NCBI GenBank assembly: GCA_001873115.1
Contig: MNYK01000002.1
Location: 1-52,367 of the forward strand
DNA: 52,367 nt
Source of the DNA: Desulfobacterales bacterium CG2_30_60_27
Lineage (GTDB): Bacteria > Desulfobacterota > Desulfobulbia > Desulfobulbales > CG2-30-60-27
Reading direction: 5' to 3'
Part shown: positions 46,915 through 52,367 of the stretch, piece after piece
How the letters are laid out: every line of letters starts with the position of its first letter
How positions within the stretch are numbered: position 1 is the stretch's first letter
Program-made: the position numbers and the translations under genes
Notes under the pieces: model-generated
Told to the model about the DNA's origin: nothing
The model's database searches: none
Seen by the model: only the letters and a program-made list of their open reading frames with translations

Positions 46915-47742
46915 TCAGGCGGGGAGATGATCCGGTTGCATGGAAAACTTCAGCGCCTGCATGGCCTGGGTGGCGGTCTCCTCGATGGATTTACCGGCCG
47001 TGGAAATCATCGGGATCTTGTAACGCAGGAAGATTTCCGTCGCCTGCTGAAGTTCCTGGCGGCAGGTGGCCAGGTTGGCATAGCGGCTGTCTGGGTAACG
47101 TTTTTCCCGCACGGCGTGCAGGATTTCCGGGGTGGAAGTCAGGCCCACGGCGCGGCTGATATTGTTCCGGATGCGGTCGGGCAGTTCGTATTGGTCCAGG
47201 TACTCCTCGGTGAGCGGGAAGTTGGCGGTCTTCAGCCCCATCTGGGAAGCGAGGTAGACGGAGATGGGAGTCTTACCGGACCGGGAAACGCCGAGCAGGA
47301 TAAGATCGGCCTCGTCATAACCTGACATCCTGGTGCCATCATCGTGTTCCAGGCAGTAGTGGATCGCTTCCACCCGCCGATTCATGTCCATGTTGCTGAC
47401 CCGGCGACTGAAGCCCGGGACACGCAAGGCTTGGGCCTCCAAGGCGTCCTCCAGTTTTTCCAGAAAAAAGGCATAGCCATCGAAAAAAACCACCTCCGGG
47501 GACTTAAATACCTCGATAATTTCCGGATCCATTATAGTACTGAAAATCAGGGGGCTGCGGCTGCCCGAATGTTTCTGGATATAGGCCATGGTCTTCCGGG
47601 CGTCGGCCACCGTGGTGATGAAAGGGAATTGCTCCTCGTGAAAATTGATCCCCGGAAACTGACAGATGAGCGAGCGGCCAAGGTTGGAGGCCAGGATGCC
47701 CGTACCGTCGGAGATATAGTAGACATCCTTGCTGTTCCACAT
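46915..47742 (-). CDS. ppsR: PEP synthase / pyruvate,phosphate dikinase regulatory protein (DUF299 kinase/pyrophosphorylase)
   Basis: From ATG 47742, about 275 aa. VYYISDGTGILASNLG N-terminus and the P-loop LLGVSRSGKTPISVYLA. Confidence 0.85.
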   Translation of the reverse strand: MWNSKDVYYISDGTGILASNLGRSLICQFPGINFHEEQFPFITTVADARKTMAYIQKHSGSRSPLIFSTIMDPEIIEVFKSPEVVFFDGYAFFLEKLEDALEAQALRVPGFSRRVSNMDMNRRVEAIHYCLEHDDGTRMSGYDEADLILLGVSRSGKTPISVYLASQMGLKTANFPLTEEYLDQYELPDRIRNNISRAVGLTSTPEILHAVREKRYPDSRYANLATCRQELQQATEIFLRYKIPMISTAGKSIEETATQAMQALKFSMQPDHLPA

Positions 47743-47956
47743 CGCAATATCCTGCCCCTGGTGCCGAAAAAAGGTCATTTGGCCCTGCCCTGTCACCCGC
47801 TTCTTAAAACTACCACAGCCCCAATCCAGGCCGCAACCGCTAAGCGGTCGTTTGCTGGGTGGATCATGGGTTAGTCTGCCAAAAAAAGACAGATGTCCAC
47901 CAGGCAGGGCCGCGATGGCTCTGCCGGGTGGATTGGTCCAGGAAAATGGGAGGGGG

Positions 47957-48847
47957 TCAGACGGCGGTGAGCCAGAGGTGCAAAGCCTGGGCGAACGCGG
48001 TGTGCAAACGGTTGGCCAGTCCATGGGCACCCGGAAATTTCGGCAGGTCGGCAGCGCTGTTGTCAATGACTCGATCCGCCAGGGGCTGGATCAAGGGGCT
48101 GAGCCGGGGGTTGTCGGCCATGGTGGTGGCCGCCTTTGCCATCATGGCTTGGGCGATTTCGGCCGGGGTCGTTGCCGCTGGCGCGGTGTCGGGCAGTTCC
48201 TGGGACGTTACCGGGAATTCGAAGGCCGGCGCTGCTTGCTGCTGCTGAAAAATTTCTTCAAGCTGGGCCCACTGGCCGCGGAGCAGGTCCATAAAACCAG
48301 GCAGGTCCGAGGCCACGTTGGCCGAGGCCTCGGTCGTGGCGTCTGCCCCCATGGTTTCCTGGGAAAGCGCGGGAATGGGATGGTTACCGGTCAAGCGGCT
48401 GGTGGTTATGCTGGTGGAAGAAAAGTCGGCGGAAAAGGCATTTATCGTGCCGGTATCGCCGATATTCAGGCCCTTGTTCATTGCCTGCTCCAGGTGGCCC
48501 TTGAAAAAATCCTTGGCAATGTGGGAAAGGTCTTTGATCAGGCTGCTGATGTCGGCCAGTTCCTGGGCGTTCAGATCGCCTTCCACGGTCATGGAGAAAT
48601 TCGCCGTGCCAAGGCTGGCGGCCACAAAACTAATATTTTGACCCGCGCCAGTGGCATCGTACTGCATGGCCTGCAGATTTTCCATGGAACTGGAAAGCGT
48701 CACCCGGTCCCCTTCACTGGTGGTCATGGTGATCTCGGTCTGCCTGGCTTGCAGGGCCGTCTGCTGCAGCGAGAAGTCTTGTTGCCGGGGTTGAGCGGCG
48801 GGATACTGGCTGGTCAGCAGGGACGGCATGGTCATGGTGTCGCTCAT
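47957..48847 (-). CDS. hypothetical protein
   Basis: ATG 48847 preceded by GGAGGA. A 296-aa Ser/Thr/Ala/Gln-rich protein with no family recognised. Confidence 0.45.
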   Translation of the reverse strand: MSDTMTMPSLLTSQYPAAQPRQQDFSLQQTALQARQTEITMTTSEGDRVTLSSSMENLQAMQYDATGAGQNISFVAASLGTANFSMTVEGDLNAQELADISSLIKDLSHIAKDFFKGHLEQAMNKGLNIGDTGTINAFSADFSSTSITTSRLTGNHPIPALSQETMGADATTEASANVASDLPGFMDLLRGQWAQLEEIFQQQQAAPAFEFPVTSQELPDTAPAATTPAEIAQAMMAKAATTMADNPRLSPLIQPLADRVIDNSAADLPKFPGAHGLANRLHTAFAQALHLWLTAV

Positions 48848-49098
48848 TGATTTATCCTCCAAGGGTGGAAGGCGCCCCGGCGCCAGGGTTGGCGAACTTT
48901 GGGGCGGGTTAAATATCCCGGGCGGCTGGTGCCTGAATGGCCTTTCCCCGCTTTTCATGTATATCGGCAGGCAAGGGTAAATACTTGAGGAACGCATGAA
49001 AAAAATAACTACTCACAAGGTGAATAGTCTTAGGGACGCGGAAAATACCAATCTATCATCACGCATCCCGGCCTAGTGTCGTGTCAATCTTGAAATGT

Positions 49099-49166
49099 CA
49101 TTTCGACCGCAGGGAGAAATCTTTCTAGCTCATTGACAAGGAAAGATTTCTCGTTTCACTCGAAAT
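49099..49166. repeat. REP-like imperfect palindrome
   Basis: CATTTCGA..GAGAAATCTTTC - 15-nt loop - GAAAGATTTCTC..TCGAAAT. A 12-bp perfect inner stem and a 7-bp outer stem. Confidence 0.55.
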
Positions 49167-49260
49167 CCGACCCCAACCCGGGCGCGATCCAGGCATATTG
49201 GTATTTTCCGAGTCCCTTAAGTTCTTTTGCTCTGGGCTTTTTTTTTGCGATCACCCATGG

Positions 49261-49587
49261 CTACCGGCTGTTCCCCTGGTCGAAGGAATAGCCGCATTGT
49301 CGACCGGAACTTATGGCCACGTCCGTAATGTCGTGCCCGTTGATGGGGAAATGAGCGCAGACCAGCGGCCTGATTTTGGAGTAATAAACCCGGCAACGGT
49401 TGTCGCCGTCCAGCCATGGGCAACGGAAAATAATCTTGCAGCACGCCGCGCACTGCAGGCAGTGACCGCCGCGTGTGCCGATTTGCGCCTGCGTGAAGCC
49501 CGGTCGGAATCGCACCGTAAAAAAGCGGCGAAGCTTGCCGCGCAATAAGATGGCCCTGGGGTGGTCTCGCCAGAAGTGGAGTTTCAT
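49261..49587 (-). CDS. YkgJ-family (UPF0153) Cys-cluster zinc/iron-chelating domain protein
   Basis: CLQCAACCK motif plus downstream Cys residues (CPWLDGDNRCRVY..RPLVC). Start ATG 49587. Confidence 0.6.
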   Translation of the reverse strand: MKLHFWRDHPRAILLRGKLRRFFTVRFRPGFTQAQIGTRGGHCLQCAACCKIIFRCPWLDGDNRCRVYYSKIRPLVCAHFPINGHDITDVAISSGRQCGYSFDQGNSR

Positions 49588-49879
49588 ATTTTGTGTCCCC
49601 CCTTGGGAAACCATCGGGAGGCTGGCAGGCGCCAGCGCCGGGCGGCGGCTGAAGGGTGTTCGGCCCCACCGGTAGCAAGCAAAATTCTCTCATCACCTTC
49701 GGCGGCAAGGCAGACTGCCGCCGGCTCAGGTTTTGACGCCTCGTCAGGAGCCCATGCGGTCTGCGCCGCATTAAATATCGGTGGTCAACGCTCTAACCAA
49801 CCGAACTACCCGTACACATTTCATGCGCCAGTGAATATACCCCACTGCGACATATCCGTAAAGCGCCTTATGCTGGTCT

Positions 49880-50353
49880 TCAGGCCGGAAGATGTTGTTG
49901 GCGCAAGGCCTCGTAGAGGACAATGGCCGCCGACATGGCGAGGTTCAGGCTGCGGATATTGGGGTTGCTCATGGGCAGGGTGGCGCACTGCGGCGCATAC
50001 CAGTCGAGCAGTGCTTCGGGAAGCCCCCTGGTCTCGGGGCCGAAGACCAGAAAATCGCCAGGGGTGAAAACGCAGCCCGTGTAAAGACGTTTGGTCTTGG
50101 TGGTGAAGAAAAACCGCTGGTCCTCGGCCGTGTGGTCTAGAAAATCGTCCAGACTGTCCCAATAGTGAATGCGGACAAACTCCCAGTAATCGAGACCGGC
50201 TCGTTTCAGATGCTTGTCGTCAATGGTAAAACCAAATGGCCTGACCAGGTGGAGAATGGTGTCCGTGGCCCCGCAGAGCCGGGCGATGCTGCCGGTATTC
50301 TGCGGGATGCGAGGCTCCACGAGAACAATATTAAAGGCGGTGGAGAAATCCAT
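49880..50353 (-). CDS. trmL: tRNA (cytidine/uridine-34 2'-O)-methyltransferase, SpoU/TrmL type
   Basis: NIVLVEPRIPQNTGSIARLC.., ..LVFGPETRGLP.., ..RSLNLAMSAAIVLYEALRQ. ATG 50353 (alternative TTG at 50359). Confidence 0.85.
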   Translation of the reverse strand: MDFSTAFNIVLVEPRIPQNTGSIARLCGATDTILHLVRPFGFTIDDKHLKRAGLDYWEFVRIHYWDSLDDFLDHTAEDQRFFFTTKTKRLYTGCVFTPGDFLVFGPETRGLPEALLDWYAPQCATLPMSNPNIRSLNLAMSAAIVLYEALRQQHLPA

Positions 50354-50408
50354 CGGCAATCGGGAAGCTTGGGCTAGGATGCACGCCGTTCGCGGCCCAG
50401 GTTCAGAG

Positions 50409-51782
50409 TTAGAGGAAAAAGGTGGGTTTGTCCGGCGAGAAGATCACGTGTCGGACCTGGATGACCCGCGGTTCCGTGCCAGGCTCCCAGAGGACAGCGA
50501 GATCGGCAACCAAGCCCTGAAATCTGGCTAGATCCAGCCCCTTCAGCTCGGAACGGGGGGTGAACTTCATGGCCAGGGGGTTTACGAAAACTCCGTTTCG
50601 CGCAAAACGGAAATCGACATGGGGGCCGGTGGCAATGCCGGTGGTACCAACATAGCCGATGACTTCCTTTTTCCGAACATGGCTGCCGACATGAAGCCCC
50701 GGGCTGAAACGGGCCAGATGCCCGTATTGGGTCCGATTGCCGCCGCCGTGATCCAGGATCACCTGATTGCCATAGCCGCCGTTTCTGCCGGTGAAGACGA
50801 CGCGGCCGTCACCCACCGCCAGAACAGGGGTACCCTTGGGCGCGGCAAAGTCAACCCCGAGGTGGGGTCGGTCGTATCCGAAGATGGGGTGCGGCCGGTG
50901 GTTGGTGAAACCCGAGGTTACCCTGCCCATCGGCACCGGGGATCGCAAAAAAGAGGTGCCAAGCTCCTTGCCGTTTCGGTCGAAATAACTACCTGATGTC
51001 TTCCCGGAAGGAAAATAAAAACCTTCCATGAGCTTGTCATTTTCGGCCGGTCGGTACGCGGCATACATAATGCTGCCATAGCCGACAAATTTGCCTTCAT
51101 TGAAATATTTCTGGACCGTGAGGATAAACCGGTCTCCCTCCCGCATCTCGGTATTGAAGTCAATCTTGGAGGCAAAGATGTCGGCAAAGGAATAAACAAG
51201 TTTGGCCTCTTCGCCCAGTTCGGAAAACGCGGTGAAGAGGGAGGTGCGGATCTCTCCATCCATGGTGACGAGCCGGCACTCCAAGGGAACGTCCTGCCTG
51301 GTCACGCAATAGCCCTCGGGCGATCTGATCAGATTGTACGTGTCCAAGGGGCCGAGATGGAAGGAACAACTCAGCAACTCGTCGTCTTCGTCCAGGACAA
51401 CGGAGTATTGGTTCCCCGCCCGCAACCGCTTGAAATCAAGATGTTCACCAAGATGCGTGATAATAAGACCGCGGGACGCTGCCGGAACCTGGCTGCGGCA
51501 CAACGATTCTGTCAGTGACTCGCCGCTCAGTATCACCCCGCTGATTTCTCGGCCGGCCAGGGGTTCCAGCGGGTCGAGTGACGCGTTTTCGGCCAACTGG
51601 CGGCCCCGCTCCTCGTCAAGTTCAGCGGGCGTGTCGGGCTGCGGGGCAATCTCGGCCGCGGGCAGGCCCACGTATACCTGGCATGCCTTTTCATCCGGGG
51701 TTGCCTGCAAAAAAAACATGGCAAGAATGAAGGTGACAAAGATAAGCGGAAGCAGGAGGGAGCGCGTTATGTGTTTTTGCAT
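50409..51782 (-). CDS. M23-family peptidoglycan metalloendopeptidase with N-terminal TM
   Basis: C-terminal HLGVDFAAPKGTPVLAVGDG..GGYGNQVILDHG..TQYGHL..GYVGTTGIATGPHVDF motifs. Confidence 0.85.
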   Translation of the reverse strand: MQKHITRSLLLPLIFVTFILAMFFLQATPDEKACQVYVGLPAAEIAPQPDTPAELDEERGRQLAENASLDPLEPLAGREISGVILSGESLTESLCRSQVPAASRGLIITHLGEHLDFKRLRAGNQYSVVLDEDDELLSCSFHLGPLDTYNLIRSPEGYCVTRQDVPLECRLVTMDGEIRTSLFTAFSELGEEAKLVYSFADIFASKIDFNTEMREGDRFILTVQKYFNEGKFVGYGSIMYAAYRPAENDKLMEGFYFPSGKTSGSYFDRNGKELGTSFLRSPVPMGRVTSGFTNHRPHPIFGYDRPHLGVDFAAPKGTPVLAVGDGRVVFTGRNGGYGNQVILDHGGGNRTQYGHLARFSPGLHVGSHVRKKEVIGYVGTTGIATGPHVDFRFARNGVFVNPLAMKFTPRSELKGLDLARFQGLVADLAVLWEPGTEPRVIQVRHVIFSPDKPTFFL

Positions 51783-52263
51783 GGAGAGCACGTTGCCGTT
51801 GTCTAAAGGAAAAGAATAATGCCGTTGACGGCGGAGCGGGCCTCCCTTGTCTAACAGAGAAGACCTGGTCTTTCAAGGTTTTTTAGGCTGGCGGTGTTCC
51901 GATCGCCCGCCCACTGCCGAGGTTGCTTCTTGGCATATTCAACATGCAATATGAATGCCAAATATTGCAATTATTCAAAACTTGTTGATTGTGTGTATTT
52001 TTCTCAATAATAGCTGCGCGTCGCTGCCAGCCGACCATTGTGAAACTGAATATTTTTTTGTAAGTACCCAGGTTATTTTGACGGTAGTCGGTTAGAAACT
52101 GAGTCTGTTTGCAGCCTGAAAGACTTCAACCTAGTACCATGGAATACATATTTTTTCGCATCCAAACCCTCCAAACCTCCCCTTATCAGGGGAGGCTTAA
52201 AGGCTTCCCATCATGATAAGGGGGGATGGAGGGGGGGTGGACTTAAATGTTACAGTGTACTTA

Positions 52264-52367
52264 GTAACTGGCCAGCTTGTGTCGGCAGTCAAGCGTTCCC
52301 GGCCTGAAAATACTTTTCGCTCATTCTCGGCGGGCGTCCTGCCCGCCTCCGAGGCGTCCGCGACCTC
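52264..52367. repeat. foldback element, copy B (inverted relative to copy A, truncated by the window end)
   Basis: 52264-52367 is the reverse complement of 196-300. It is identical except for a 5-6-nt patch and 2 nt in the terminal arm. It begins GTAACTGGCCAG. Confidence 0.7.

Noticed and set aside
49790-49830. A full tRNA or tRNA-Sec gene on the minus strand near 49800.
   Set aside because: Only the acceptor 5' strand and the D-arm are convincing. There is no anticodon stem, no T-arm (GTTCGAATC-like) and no complementary 3' acceptor strand. A UCA in GCGUCAAAACC is not preceded by U33 and is not in a 7-nt loop.

Overview
High-GC (about 60%) chromosomal window that looks like an anaerobic Desulfobacterota-type genome; the taxonomic call is inference only. 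Most of it is cobamide (B12) metabolism. I read four cobalamin riboswitches on the + strand. RS1 (about 4041-4209) precedes the nucleotide-loop operon cobC-cobU-cobT-cobS-(cobD::cbiP fusion)-cbiB-phzF-like. RS2 (about 11688-11866) precedes a ThiC paralogue, probably BzaF. RS3 (about 13376-13533) precedes a long operon: Gate-domain membrane protein, signal-peptide CbiK, FecCD-type ABC importer, then cbiA-C-D-ET-L-F-G-H. RS4 (about 35442-35610) precedes btuB-tonB-btuFCD. Other content: a lone cooS, a tRNA-Arg(CCU), an ECF sigma/anti-sigma module, a vapBC pair with an amber-disrupted toxin, and a hybrid histidine kinase. There is also a PEPCK-like gene, ppsR, trmL, an M23 peptidase, an IS4/IS701-like insertion sequence, and several decayed gene remnants. 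The most unusual locus is a minus-strand operon at 29278-32622. A multihaem cytochrome there is only intact if a single in-frame UGA, followed by a SECIS-like hairpin, is read as selenocysteine. It is followed by two exported tandem-rhodanese paralogues, one of which has Ser where the other has its Cys. A second unexplained signal is a family of GC-rich foldback elements with GTAACTNNCCAG-type termini. Two near-identical copies lie in inverted orientation at the two ends of the window. Start codons, promoters and RNA boundaries were set by eye and are approximate.
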